64,000 bases of DNA from the human T2T-CHM13v2.0 reference genome, Homo sapiens, in the NCBI RefSeq assembly GCF_009914755.1, contig NC_060935.1, one strand, 5' to 3'. The first letter of the stretch is position 1. Each line of letters starts with the position of its first letter. The position numbers and the translations under genes are program-made. This document shows, piece after piece, positions 15,361 through 30,987 of this stretch. The notes beneath the pieces were generated by a model. That model ran no database searches. It had not been told where the DNA came from and saw only the letters and a list, made by a program, of their open reading frames with translations.

Positions 15361-17299
15361 AGTGTTGGCCAAAATGATACAGGCTGGTTCTAATCACATC
15401 AAAGCAACTGGTCAACTCACTTTAGCCAAAACAAAACCAAGAAATCTTCAACTAAAGGGACAAAACAAATCTGTTGTGAGGCCATTGCATTAAGAAGTTA
15501 CATGATGCCTTTTTATGTCCATCTTCGGCTGGCTGTGCTGTGGCCCAATGGCATGGGGATGGCTGGGAGTCAGGATCACAAGGGCTTAATTTTTCTTTCC
15601 TAGTTTTATCAGTGGATAAAAAGATGTAGCAGAGAGTACCATGCAATCATCAGCGGCTCGAAAAAGCCCCACTCCTCAAGACTTACACAGGCTTGCAAAA
15701 CGACTTTCTTTCTGATGAGACTCCCTTTTTGCCTGGGCTTCCAGGAAGTTTACAACAAAACTGTATGCTAAATACATTAACCCTGCTATTTCTGAGAATG
15801 GTAGTGGTCTTTTTCCTACATCATCTTCTTTCTATTCTGATTTTATTTTTATTTTTGAAAGCCCTTTATTATGAGCTACTTTAAAATCCTTTTAAGATGT
15901 AGATGGAATATAAATACATATTTTCATACATATATAGTTTGGTTAAGATTACATAATAAGTTGAGATGGCTGCGGTCCTTTCTGAAGGACTAATTCAAAA
16001 TAAAAGGAATTATTATTCTGTGGAACTTCTTTGTATGCCATCTATTCTTTCATGTTTGTAACTCAGGAGACAACCTTGCAAACTTCTCCAGAAGTGATGA
16101 AAGAGAGATGCTTGGATGGCTCCCTGCGGAGCTACAGAGTTGTGTGCTCCAAGGTTTTTGTGTGATTTTTCTAGAGAACAAATGTGCACCAGCATTAATA
16201 AATGGCATTTATTTTCCCAAGTCAGGAATGAATCAAATGCATTGCTGTTTTTGATGACCAAACTGTCAAATACCATTTCAAATACCTCTTGGTCCTCGTC
16301 TGTGTTTTCTCTTTTTAAATTCACTGTTTTATTCTTTGAAAATAAGACTATGAAAATTAGGCTTTGAAAATGTCCAAGGGCCTTGACATAGCCAACTGAC
16401 TTTAAAAAAAACAAGATAGAGAAGTGAAAGGAAACATTTCTCCAGGAAACAAAAAAGAACTGAAAGCGAAAATTAAATCATCTCTATTTTCCTTCTGATA
16501 GAAAGTTAATGTTTTGGTTTTTCAGGAAGTATAATAATTGTAGGATCTATTTTTTTTTATTGCCAGCCACTGTGCTAGGAACTTTACATACACTGTCTTA
16601 TTTAATCCCTATAACAACCCCATGAAGTATAAAAGAGAATAAAATAAGGCCTCTCTTTGAAGAAGAAAAATATGTGATCTAAAATAGCAATGTCCCATGA
16701 AGAAGGGAATCAGCTAAGTACTCCTGAAAGCACTTAGTTTATACAGATGCTATACTGTAAAGGCCAGGGCGGACAAAGTAGCTGAATCTAAAGCTAGAGA
16801 TTTAGAATCCATTTGCTGACCCCAAGTAGGATTAAATTGGTTACGCTATCTTCTCTATCAATTTTTCCTGGCTGTGATGTTTTCCTCCTGGTCAAGGCAA
16901 ACCAATGAAAACTCTCGTAATGTTCAATTGTTTTATTTTAAAAATCTGCCCTTATCTATGTTTGACTAGGCATCAAGGCTTGTAAAATATATTTTAATAA
17001 TTGTAGGAAGTCACTAATAAGTTATATGTATTATCAATAGATATAACTGAACTTAAGATGAATTTATTGGGCTTTCTTTTCTCTCTCTCTCTGTACGTCT
17101 TTGTCTGTCTATCTCTATCTTTCTCTCTCATTCCCTACCTAAAGCTAAACTCATTCTTTAACACTATAACAAACTCAAAGTAATTCTGGTATTTTAGATA
17201 ATAGTCATTTTGTCATCTTCCATCTGTACTAGTTCAAAATAAATATGCTAGGGCAATCTTCAAAACTCCGAAAGGACACAAAACTTTGTTTATTCTTAA

Positions 17300-18240
17300 A
17301 CAGAATTAAAATCCCCCAGTGGAGGAAAGCAAGACCTAGAGAAGTCTGCAAATGTTACACAGCTAGTAGGTGTGTACTAGTGACAGAACAGAACTGCAAT
17401 TCAAACCCGGGCCTACCTGATTTGAAAGCCTCTGTTTCTGGCTAAAAAAGGCAAAAATGTATATTTTGCAGGCTTTGTCACCTGCAAAATGAGATCATAG
17501 CAATAAATAATAATACCGAGAGCTAATCTTTATTATAAGACAGGACTGTTTAAATGATTTAAATGTGTTAACTCATTTAATTTTCATAACAACCACATGA
17601 GATAGACACTATTATTATAATCTCCATTATGCAGATAAAGTAAATGGGCACAAGACTGAGATTAAACTCCTTGTCCAAGGTCACAGAGTAAAGGGTGAGA
17701 TTGCAGACAGTGTGGTTCTAAAGCCCATGCTTTAACCGCAATGTTATACAACTTACAACAATTAATAACATTCCTCTTTACAAGCAACAAGCAACTGGAA
17801 AATGCTACAACAGAGATAAAACTATAGTCTCAAGGAATTAATCTAAGAAAGAATTGACAAGATATCTATGGCAAAAATTCCTTGACAATAATTCTATTTA
17901 AAAATAAACTTAAAAAATGACTAAAATGAGAAATGTTTATGAATGCTATTTCTCAATGCTGTTGTAAAGATTGAATTAGTCAGTACATGTAAATGCATGT
18001 ATGAATGAGTTACAAGAAATGCTCCATAATATTACCTATTATTATTTTTAAAATTAGACTCACCATTTACTGGTAGTATGACTTTGAACAAGGTCAAATT
18101 TTTCTCTCTGAGCTTTGATGTCCTCATCCATAAGAATCAGATTAATAACAAATGTTTGGAGGCTGCTATGGAAATTAGATGAGATGACAAGTAAAACCAA
18201 ATCTTGCCGAGTGCCTGGTATGTGGCAGGGACTGCATTGA
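17300..18240. mobile_element. Cluster of MIR fragments, both orientations
   Basis: 'actcatttaattttcataacaaccacatgagatag...tccaaggtcacag' and 'gactttgaacaaggtca...tctctctgagctttgatgtcctcatccataa'. Confidence 0.65.
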
Positions 18241-18351
18241 GGTTGACCGATTTCCTTCTTGAAAAATAGGACTATCTTATTTTTCTTTAGAAGCTGCTTA
18301 TCTGGTGGTCCCCAGACTTGAAGATTTCAGGCACCAACAGTGTTTCTTCTT

Positions 18352-18791
18352 TGTCTATTAGTTTCTTAGGGCTGCCGTAGCAAAGCGCCACAAACTGGGT
18401 GGCTTAAGCAACAGACATCTATTGTCTCCCAGTTCTGTAGCCTGGAAGTGTGAAACTGATGTGTCAGCAGGGTTGGTTCCTTCTGAAGGCAGTGAGAGAG
18501 AATCTGTTCCATGCCTCTCTCCTAGTTTCCAATAGTCTCAGGCACTTTCTGGCCTGTAGATGGCAACCTCTCTGTGTCTTCACATAGCTTTCCTTCCCCG
18601 TGTGTCTCTCTATATCCAAATTGCCCCATTTTGTTAGAACACAGTCATGTTGGATAGGACCCACCCAAATAACCTCATTTTAGTTTGATTACCTCTGTGA
18701 AGGCCCTATTTCCATATAAGGTCATATTCTGAATTACTGAGAATCAGGACTTCAGCATCTTTTTGAGAGTGACACAACTCGACCTATAACA
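18352..18791 (-). mobile_element. MaLR LTR (MLT1B/C-like)
   Basis: 'attagtttcttagggctgccgtagcaaagcgccacaaactgggtggcttaagcaacaga...cagggttggttccttctgaagg'. Confidence 0.8.
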
Positions 18792-18927
18792 GTTTGGCTG
18801 CTTTTTTTTTTTTTTTTGAGAAATGATATATAGTTGCCAATTTTCTGTTTTGTTTTATGCCAATCCAAACCTTAAAAACAAAATAACTGCCATCTATTTA
18901 TTCCATCATTTCATTTAAAACATTTTA

Positions 18928-19570
<643 letters not shown>

Positions 19571-20064
19571 TTTTTAAAAGTAAGCATTTTTAATGCTTAT
19601 TTTAAAACAACAACAACAGCAAAGCATTTCTTGACTGCCACTGCTCTAGGGTAGTTGCAAAAACCTCACTAAATTACTTTTGAATAATTTGTCTTACATG
19701 CTTATATCATGCTGTTCATGTATTAGAAACCCAAAAGCAAAATTCTCTTCTTACTTCCTTGCCAATGCATTTGTAATGTCAGTACACCCTGCTTGGTCCA
19801 TTCCTTCCATGATTGTCAATTTTTTCTTCCAGTGAAGTAATTTCAGGTACTTCAAATTTATCACTTGGGAAATGTATTGGAAGGCTGAATTTCAGTTTAT
19901 TCTCTGTGTTGTCTAAACTGCTGTGCAATTTCTAGGTCATCTCCACATCAGGAATTGAGGGCTTAATAGTTAGATTTTCTATACCAAAGAAAGCATTCAT
20001 CACCTGTGCATCTCTTCCTACCCCCTTGCCTTTTCTCCTTCTCTCTCTGTACTTTATACTAGAC

Positions 20065-20435
20065 TGTTATAGATGGATGTTTGTGTGTCCTGAAAACTAG
20101 TATGTTGAAATTCTAACCCTCCAGTGTGATAATGTGATGGTATTAGGAGGTGAAATCTTTAGGTGGTAATTAAGTAATAAGTGTGGAACCCTCATGAATG
20201 GAATTAGCGCCTTTATAAGAAGAGACACTAGAGCTTGCTCCCTCTCTCTCTCTCTCTTCCCTTTGCCACACAAGGGTACAATGACAAGACAGCTGTCTGT
20301 AAAGCAAAAAGTGGGCCCTCACCAGATCCGCCGCCACCTTGATCTTAGACTTCCCAGTCTCCAGAACTGTGAGAAATTAATGTTTGCTGCTTAAGCCATC
20401 AAGTCTAGGGTAATTTGTTGTAGTAGTCTGAACTA
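20065..20435 (+). mobile_element. MaLR LTR (MLT1A-like)
   Basis: 'tatgttgaaattctaaccc...atggtattaggaggtg...ccctcatgaatggaattagcgcctttataaga...gacttcccagtctccagaactgtgagaaa'. Confidence 0.8.
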
Positions 20436-21269
20436 GTGGGCTTTGACACTCTCCAACAAACTCTCCAGCAAACAGCTATGTCATTTGACTATCATTTCAG
20501 GCTGACAGTTTTATAGACAAACATTGTTCACATCTTTCACCCTCAAAAATAAGTGACAGCTCCCTTCTCTCCCACTTTTTGTTCTTCTTTCTGCCAGTAT
20601 CTATTTTTTGTTTATGCTCTATTTGAGTTTTCTTCACCCAGAGAAGACATCAGTTACTTGATACCATGAAGCAGCTGGTTTAAGAAATCTATTTACTGTC
20701 CTTTGATATTAGTGATATTGCTAGCTTTATGGTAGAAAATGTGTATTTTAATAGTTTCTGTAGCATTTAATTAAGAAATAAAGTGTAATGAGATGTGGTT
20801 TATGGGATTCATTAACTATGCTCTAGAGAGTCTAGTTGGTCCTCTGATATGTATTTTCACCTCACAGTATGCGTCCTTTTAATGAACTCCAGCCTTAGAA
20901 GATATTTGCCAAAAACCTATTTTTTTAAATTTAAGCATCTAATGAAATAGGATTTCATTAAATTATTATATTCTTGAAACAATGCCAACATTTTCTCCAT
21001 CTGATCTCGTCACAGAATACAGGCATGCTTTGTATTCCAAAATAACTGAGATATTATAATGCTAGAAATGTTAAGCAGGCTTTGTGCTTTAGTGAACTTT
21101 GTGTCTCAGCTTGGTTTGAAAATTTAGGTCTGAATCTTAGCTTCAACGTATAAGGGTTTGATCATGGGAATTCATTTAGACTCTGAGTTTCAGTTATCTT
21201 ACATATAAAAGGAAGATAAAAATACCCATCTTACAGAGCTGTAGTAAATATTATATTATGTACAAAAGT

Positions 21270-22325
<1,056 letters not shown>

Positions 22326-22409
22326 TAAATTAGAGAGCATTTTTTAAAGTCCTAGCAGACCAAATATTTAGCAAGTTTTAAGTCCTTTCCCTCTGGGCTG
22401 TCAGAAAAC

Positions 22410-24668
22410 ATGTTGGCTTTGTTGACTTGTACTTTTTTTCTATTTCATTAATTTCTGTTCTTGTCATTATTTCCTTTCTTCTACTTTTTAAATATTTCAT
22501 TTGCAGTTCCTTTATAACTTTTTTAGATGAATGCTGAGCTCATTAATTTGTAGCTTTTCATCTTCTCAAATACATGCACTTAAAAGCAAACACTATTCTT
22601 TGAGCATGCTTTTACTATATTCCAATGTTTCGATACGTACAATTTTTATTATGCATTTCAAAATTTGACACCTTAAAAATTTAGAAATATATTAAAAATA
22701 TAAAAGAACTATCTAGTTATATTTTATTAATGATTTCTAGCTTAATTAAATTGTTGTAAAAAGTATGCTGTGTGATTCCCACTCTTTGAGGTTTGTGGCA
22801 GCTTGCTTTACAACTCATTAGAAAGTCTATCTACAGCTGTCATGGTGCAATGTTCTAGATATGTTCATTATGTTAAGTTTATCATGTTCTTTAAATCTTC
22901 CATAGCCTTAATGATTGGTGTCTGTTCTATCTGTTAATGAGAGAGGTATGCTAAGTTTCCCACTGTAATTATTAATTTGTCAGCTCCTCTTTGTAGTTCA
23001 GTCAATGTTTGCTTTATACATTTAGAAGCCATGTTATTTCATCCACGTAAATTTAGAATTGCTATATTATCCTGGTGAGTTGAACCTTCTGTCATTATGA
23101 AGTGCCTCTTTCATCTCTAATAATGCCTTCAGCCATAAAATCTATTTTGTCTGATACTGGTATAGCCACGTCTTTTTCTATTCTTTTACATTCAACCTTC
23201 TGTGTCTATATATTTGATGTGTGTCATTTGTAAGCAGCATGTGCTTGGATTCTGGTTTTTTTTTAATGTCTAAAATTTTTTGGCCCTCTAATTGATCAAT
23301 TAAGGTAGTTGCATTAAAAATAATTACTGATACACATGGATTTATATGTATTCAGTATTTATTTGTACATACATGTGTATGTACTTCCTGTTTGCCCTCC
23401 CTATTCTATGTTCCTTTCTTTTTCTTTTTTGCCTTTTTTGGGGGGATTGATTAGTTCTTATAATTTCTGTTGTTTTTCTGTGTTCATTTGAAAGTGATAG
23501 GCTCTTTTACTAGTCTCTACAATATGAATTCTTGAATTACTAAAATCAAATATGAATTGATATTTTTACCCTTTTCCTTAATAAAGCAAGGAGCTTAACA
23601 TAACTTTACTCTCTCAACTTTTATGCTTCTGCTGAAGTATAAAATTATACTTCATATTAAAATTCTATATTAAAATTCTCTCTCTTCCTCCTCCTTCTCT
23701 GCCTCCTCCTTTTTCTTCCTCCCTTCTTCCTTTTTTCCCTCTCTTTCTGCCTTCCTCTCTACTAACATATGGATCTATGTCACAATATATTATTATTATT
23801 GTTGTCTCGTAAAAGCACTATTCATGTAGATTTACTGATATATTTGCCTTTTTTCACTGTTCATTTTTTATTCCAGTATCCATAAGCTTCTTTCAGGGAT
23901 AATATTCCTTTTGCCTGAGGAACAGCCTTTAAAGTCTATTGCTGATTAATTCTCTCAATTGTGTATATCTTAAATGTCTTTTGTTTCACTTCCATTCTTG
24001 GAGGAAATTTTTGTTAGGTATGAAAATCCAGGCTGACAGTTATTTTCTTTCTGCAAAATCTCCCTATTTTGACTTTGAATTGTTTTTCTTGAAAAGGCAA
24101 CTTTCAGTCTAATAGTTGATCCTTTAAAGGTGACCTTTTTTACTTCTAATTTTGGATTTTCTACTTGTCTTGGAATTTTGCCAGTTTCATTTTGAGGTGT
24201 CTTTTTATTTACCATACTTGAGTTTGTGGAACTTATTTTTATCTGTGAATTGAAGTCACTCATCTGTTTGGGAGATTCACAGCCATTATCATTTCAAATA
24301 TTGCATCTGTCCTGTGGGGTTTTTTTCTCATTTATCCTTCTGGAAATTTATTTAAGCATATAGTAGTATACCTTCTCACTGTCTCTGCTGTGTCTCTTAT
24401 CCTTTGTTTTGTATTGTTCATCCTTTTCTATTTTCATATTTTACTCTGTATAATTTCTTCTGAACTGTCTTCTAGTTCTTTAATTTTCTATTCAGCTGTG
24501 TCTAATCTATTGTCAAACATAACCACTGAATTTTCAATCTTTCTTACCATAAAGTACAGAAATTTAATTTAGTGTTTTTATAATATTTTTAGTTCTAGAA
24601 TTTTGATTTAATTTTTCTTATATTTCAATTATTTAATAACATTTTCAGCCTTTCTTTTTCTCCCTTTC

Positions 24669-24708
<40 letters not shown>

Positions 24709-25900
24709 TAAATAAATCAGGTTCCTTTTTAAATCCTTGTTGGCTAACTCAGATATTTTGACCATTTGTGGACCTGTTTCTCTTGGTTTTTAGACATAGG
24801 ACCCTATCTTTGACCTGCCTAATAATTTTTTTTTTATTGCCAGACATGGTATATATAACTGTGTTGAAGCTTCAGAACCTTCTCTAGAAAGGATTTATCC
24901 CTCCACTGGGCACATGGAGAGGTTGTTTATCACTTTAATCCAATTAGGAACACCTGCCTTTGGCTTTCTAGGCTTTTCAGCTAACAGCTTTGGGTATTTT
25001 TAGCAATTTTATAAGACAAGGTTAGAGTTGGAGTGGTCTCCTTATCTTACAAAATTGCTGAAAAACTATCCTCTATATTTCAAAAGTTTTCCCACTTAAG
25101 TTTGTAGGCTTCTACTACATGTATCCCTAGTATTCAGCAAATGTCTTGAAGGAAAAACTAGTATGTGCTTGAGGACATCTCTCTGCTGGTTTCTTTCTTT
25201 CCTTGCAACAACCCTCACGAATTGCACATCAAATGCTCAGAATTAACACATGCCTCTAGGATAAAAGTGGCTGCAGAAGCCGCCTCAGCTAAGGTTTTTC
25301 CTTCAGCTAAGGTTTTTCCTTCCTGCAGTCTGAGTCCCACTAATTCTCATAGTCTCAGCAGCTTTCCACTGCCTTGAAGAGATGTTTTTTAAATTATACC
25401 CAAGTTTTCTAGGTAGGAATTGTTCTAGGTGGGAGTGCTGGTCTGCTGCCAGTTATTTCATCCTACCCAAAAGCAGAAGTCCTTTCAAAATGTTTATGTC
25501 ACTTTTTGTAGTTTCCAAGCTTTTGGTTGAAACTTTCAAACTTGCTTTTTATCTTCATAAATGTAATAAGCATAATTTATTTTAAAATTTGTGTCAAATA
25601 ATTCTAGCGTTTGGAGCCTCTGCCAGTCTATCAGTATTATCTATTGTTTCTATTGATGATTGTTCTTGTTATCTCATGTTTGAGAATAGCTGGTTATCAT
25701 TGCTTATGTATCAGACATAAAATTTGAAAAAAATATATTTTGAATAATATTTTAATGCCTACAATGACTTTACCTTCCTCCAGAGATAATTTTTGTTTGT
25801 GTTTTCTGAAAACATGCCAAGTGACACTAGTAATCAAGATCACCTTAACAGCTTCATGGATTAGGAGATCCTTGATCAACCAGTTGATTTTGATCTGATT
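22410..25900 (-). mobile_element. Ancient L1 (L1M/HAL1-like): ORF2 start, ORF1 and 5' region remnants
   Basis: ORF 23970-24263 gives 'VTFKGSTIRLKVAFSRKTIQ...KENNCQPGFSYLTKISSKNGSETK', homologous to the L1 ORF1p C-terminus (VTxKGxPIRLTADFS...KENNxQPRIxYPAKLSF). T-rich antisense L1 composition. Confidence 0.7.
24671..24706. repeat. (CA)n microsatellite
   Basis: Read directly. Confidence 0.95.
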
Positions 25901-26099
25901 GTCAGTCTCTACAAGGGTCGTTTTTCTTCTAATTTACCCTTAGACTTGTGGAATTTTTCTAACTGGATTTAGAAATCAAGACAAACGTTTTTCAGCAAAG
26001 CAAATGATAACATATAAAACCCCAAAGCTATCAGTAGCTGTATTTCCTGCTATGTGGGAAAAAAACAGAAAATGAGATTGACATGAAGTCAGAAACAGA

Positions 26100-26230
26100 A
26101 ATAATAATAATAATAATAATAATAGCTAATACTTATATAAGGCTTGCTCTGTAATTGTCTGTTTTAAGCAGTATTTACATCAACTCATTTATTCTCACCA
26201 CAACCTTGAGACAAATAGAGTTAAGTCCTG
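26100..26230 (-). mobile_element. (TAA)n tail plus MIR fragment
   Basis: 'aataataataatagctaatacttat...tcaactcatttattctcaccacaacc'. Confidence 0.6.
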
Positions 26231-26908
26231 TTGTCGTTTGAGTCCCTGGCTTCAGTTCTTCCTAATACTCAGCCAAAACACTGCCGTTCTTGCGACAGAC
26301 AGAGTGACTGAAATGTGAGGTTTCTCACCTTGCAGCCTGTGTTTGCTCAGATTTTATAAGCTGCCTCAGGAAAGACCTGCCTTTTTCCAGCTCCAGGTCT
26401 TAGGGCTGCCAGGTCTGTCTTTTTCATAAATAATGGCATCGCATGGCTTGACAACTTTTTCATTTCTATTCATCAGACTAGCTGTTACTGACTGACAGAA
26501 ACTGCTGCAAACCTTTTCCCATGTAGACTGCACAAAATATATTTTTTGAACAAACAGTACAGATCCCTACAATGCCCCCCAAAATGTATTTTATAATTTA
26601 TAGTTATTACACATAAAATATTATATTAACCATAAATGAAATTACAGAGAAAAAATCCCTCACAATTCCATTACCTTAAGAGTTCTTACATTTTCTTTGT
26701 AATTCTTAGCCATATTTTTAAAGAACATGGTTGCCATCACTCCTAGATACATTATTAAGTGCATTTAATAATTCATTAGTATTTATCAGGGTATTGATTA
26801 GAAGCCCCCAGAAAAAATAATGGGTTAGACATAGGTATTGTTCATTATATAAGGGTAGATTAGAGCAAGGGGTAGGTGCAGCTTGCAATAGAACTAAAAA
26901 TTACTGAG

Positions 26909-27275
26909 TACTATGGTTTGAACATCCCCTCTAAAACTCATGTTGAAATTTAATTGCCAATGTAAGGATATTGGGACGTGGGACCTATAAGAGTTCATAA
27001 GGTCAAGAAGTCATAATGCCATTACCTCTGGAGTGGGTTAATTATCTCAAGGGTGGGTTTCTGATAAAAGGATGTAGTTCAGCCCCTGTTTCTCTGTCTC
27101 ACACACTCACTTGCCCTTGTACCAAGCCATGATGGGGCACAGAGGCCCTCATCAGATGCCGGCACCATGCTCTTGGACTTCCCAGTCTCCAGAACCATGA
27201 GCCAACTAAATCTCTTTCTTTAGAAATTATCCACTATGTGGTATTCTGTTATAGCAGCAGAAAACAGACTAAACT
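26909..27275 (+). mobile_element. MaLR LTR (MST-like)
   Basis: 'tactatggtttgaacatcccctctaaaactcatgttgaaatttaattgccaatg'...'gtattctgttatagcagcagaaaacagactaa'. Confidence 0.8.
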
Positions 27276-28463
27276 GAATCTTAACTGTTTTTAAGGAGCC
27301 TTCTTTATTTTACCTGATAGGATCTTTAATCTGGAGCCCTGTAGGGTCAGATTTGTAACATACTCATATGACCTTTGTTATTCACTACTACATTTCCTAT
27401 TGTTTTTCTGGAGCAAAGCAGGATGTAAATGATTGTCTTATTTAATTATTTCTATTTAATAAAATAATTATTCCCATTTAGAAACTAACACTCAGAAGAT
27501 TACATGATTCACACTCATTATAAATGGTAAAGCTGACATTTGAGTCCTGGAGTAAAAGACAAAAATAACACTGTTTAATCACTATCACTTCCTTGGCCCC
27601 TGTAGCAGACTCCTTTGGAGTACCCCATGTAAGTTTGCCAGGAATAAGAAATAAAAATATAGACCATGTAGCAAAATTTGAGTTTCAGGTAAATAAGAAA
27701 TTAGTTTTGGGTATATGTATGCCTCAAATATTGGATACCTTCCCCACATATCCATACTAAAGAAATGGGCCTAAGTGGCCACTCCTAACACCTCCCTTCT
27801 CCCCCTTCTCTCTTGCACTCGCTCTCTCTCTCTCTCTCCTAACTTAAAGGCACAGAAAGTATACTCAGAGGGCTTTAGCATTGGAGCTGTAAAGTCTTGT
27901 CAAGCTGAAATCAAAACCAGTACCATGGTATGCCAAGCCACATGCATGCAGAATGTATGGGACAGTAGAGAAAACTGCTTGCAGAGAGGAGACTGGAGCA
28001 AAGTGCAGGAATGACCCAAAGCAGAAAAAGAAGCTGCATGACAGCTTCCCCTGCCCCAGAAAGCACAGCCATACATGCTACAATGAGGTCCAGAAGATTA
28101 TCCTGTATCTCTACTGACTTGACAGAGTTCTTCCTTATAGTACCTCCTCCAGGCATTAGTGGGAGGTCATGGCTGGTGGCATAGTTGAACTTTCTGGCTG
28201 CGTTTGGAGAGGCAGGCCCATTCACTGGCTTTGTGGTGACATGCAGTGGGCACTGTGCTTATGTGGGCAGCATGTAATCAATGCATCAGTTCCCTTCCTG
28301 CTCACCCTGCTAGGAACTTCATGTCCAAGTGACTCAGACCTTAAGACCAGATTCTTCAGACAGACAGAGAGGAGGACTAAGGGGTCAGGAAGATTTCTGG
28401 AACATCCCTAGAGGTAATCTCTTAAGAAGCCATTTTTTGATCCATCTCTACTGGTCCAATCAT

Positions 28464-28499
28464 CACACACACACACATACACACACACACACACACACA
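28464..28499. repeat. (CA)n microsatellite
   Basis: Read directly. Confidence 0.9.
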
Positions 28500-29189
28500 T
28501 GCCTGTATGTGCTCCAATCATTCTTTCCTCTCCTTTCCATCACATTTATTATCATACCTGCTCCCCAGCTCCTCTTTGAAACTCAGGTATAATGTGTTAA
28601 ATCATTCTCCAGGTATGGAGTGGCTCAAAGCAGAGAAGTGAACTCTGCAGGGTAGAGGCCTAAGCTTCTCTAAAGGATGCCTTCCCCAAGGTCGAGACTT
28701 TCTTTTCCAAAGTCAGGATATTGCCAGACACAGCATCATCACTTTCTGACTGCTGAGAACTTCTTATGAGCTTCTTTGCTCCAAAGCAGCAGAATCTCAA
28801 GTTCTTTGATGTCTGCCTTGGGAATGCAAATTAGTCAACACAGACAGCATCAAAGACAGTACTGACCCTGAGTGAGCAAAGCATTCTTTTCCTCCTTAAT
28901 CAGCCAAGTTGCCTAAAGCTCAGGAGAAAACTACCCAGCGAAAGGAAGAGTTCATACTCAGCCAGGGCACAATTTCAGCTCTGACTCCTAAAAATAAAGA
29001 TTGTTCTCTCTAACTGAAAACCTCATCATGTAGGGGCTACACTTAGCTCTAGAGAGAAATGCTCACAAAATTCATAGCCAATATTATTCTACTTCTATTG
29101 TTTCATTAAATCACTCCCAGCTCAATGATCTCACTTGACTTCACAGTTCCCATACAGCACCCAAAGGATGACTCAGTGGTCATTTATAG

Positions 29190-29680
29190 TGTCTACCCAG
29201 CACCCATGGCTTACAGTACCAAGGTTTCCACCCTCCCCATGCAGGCCCTGTGCTTGGGGAGACTGGCCTCACCCTCAGGCCCACGGGAGCCTGGATAAGC
29301 AAAGCCAAGCAGCCTGTGTGACTGTCTTCACCACAATCATGTTCTTGAGACTTTGCCCATGATCTAATCTAGCTCAATCATGATTCCTGCTGAATGCTGG
29401 GACGGAAGCTGTGCCTTTTCTTCTGCAAGCCTTGAACTAGAAGTCAGGCACCATCCAATCTGCTGGAACCCACTTGTAAATTGAGCCAACACTCTGGGAG
29501 GCAGAACAGAAAAAAACATGTAAGAAAGTGCAACCTTGATAATAGCACAGTTGAGCTGCTGATTCAGGCACACTGATGTCTGTTCTTCTTCTGGACTTTC
29601 CAGGCACACAGATGAACAAATCTTTCTTGTTTATTCCAATTTTGAATTACATTTTCTATTATGTGCAACTAAAGACAAGT
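29190..29680 (+). mobile_element. Old ERVL/MaLR LTR remnant (LTR16/LTR33/MLT1-like)
   Basis: Degenerate LTR 3' end 'ctggactttccagg...aacaaatctttcttgttta...attttctattatgtgcaactaaag'. Confidence 0.4.
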
Positions 29681-30443
29681 ACAACAAATAGTGAATATTT
29701 TAATGAGTAATGAGACAGTGGCTGTTCCAAAATTGCTTGTGTGTGTGTATGGTGCCTTCTAACACTCTGCAGTGTGCAACCTGCACAACTACACTGTGTG
29801 GGCTCTGGCATAGGAGCAAGTATTTATCTTAGAGCTGCATTTACAAAGCAAACATAAAGTTTACATCTAGACTGATTGCACATTTGGGTGATTTGAAGAA
29901 GTGAACTAACAGAGATTATGCCCCCTCATTCATTCGTTCAATTATTTATTAATACAAAAATATTACTGAATGCCTAATACATGCCAGGCCCTGATAGAGA
30001 AGTGAACAAGACAAGGTACTTGTCCTCATATGTTATAATCGGGGAGAATGATAATAAACAAATCAGTATGTAATGTAAGAACAAACAATGATGTGTTATG
30101 AATAAAAATAAATCAAGGCAAAGAGATAGTGCAGGGAGTGACAGGAATTATTTAAATAGAGTAAATTAAACAAGGTCCCTCTGTGAGGCAACATGTGAGA
30201 GGAATGCTGAATGAAGTAATGAGGCAAGTTGTGTGAAGATAGAAGGAGAATTCCAGGCAAAGAGAACAGCCAATGCAAAGAAACTGAGGCAGAAACAATG
30301 TTGGCATGTTTGAGAAACAAGAAAGGCAGTGTAACCAGAGCAGAACAAACGAAGACGAGAATATAGGCAATGAGATAAGAAAAGCAAGCAAGGGCCAGTT
30401 GCGTAGGTAGGGCCTTCTGAGACCAGAAAGGAGACTGGATTTA

Positions 30444-30987
30444 CAGTCATCTCTCAGTATACAAGGGTTGGTTCCAGGATTCTGTGTATACTCAAATCTG
30501 TGACACAAGTCCCACAGTGGCTTCTGCGGAACCCACATAAAAGAAAAGTCAGCTCTTGACCAGGCGTGGTGGCTCATGCCTGTAATCCCAGCACTTTGGG
30601 AGGTCGAGGTGGGTGGATCACTTGAGGCCAGGAGTTTGAGACCCGCCTGGCCAATATGGCACAACCCATCTCTACTAAAAATACAAAAATTAGCCAGGTG
30701 TGGTGGTGTGCGCCTGTAATCTCAGCTACTCAGGAGGTTGAGGCACGATAATCACTTGAACCTTGGAGGCGGAGGTTGCAGTGAACTGAGATCATGCCAC
30801 TGCACTCCACCCTGGGCAACAGAGCGAGTCACTGTCTCAGAAAAGAAAAGTAAAGAAAAGAAAAGTCAGTTCTTTGCATACTTGGGTTTACCCTGAATAT
30901 TGTATTTTTGATCTGCATTTGGTTGAAAAAAAAAATCCATATCTAAATCCACCGCACTTCAAACTCTTGTTGTTCGCGGGCTAATTG
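30444..30987 (-). mobile_element. MER8-like Tigger-derived DNA transposon, split by an Alu
   Basis: TA-flanked; 'cagtcatctctcagtatac...ggttggttccagga' and 'ttcaaactcttgttgttcgcgggctaattg' match recalled MER8 ends. Confidence 0.75.
30558..30866 (+). mobile_element. Alu (AluS-like) inside MER8
   Basis: Full Alu; TSD aaagaaaagtcag(c/t)tct. Confidence 0.92.

Noticed and set aside
16013-16414. 133-aa ORF in unique sequence, and similar ORFs at 41919, 42581 and 63405
   Set aside because: No recognisable domain or exon structure; lengths are expected by chance or overlap repeats.
27630-27760. Possible MER53/MER94-like hAT fragment
   Set aside because: Too short and degenerate to call confidently by eye.
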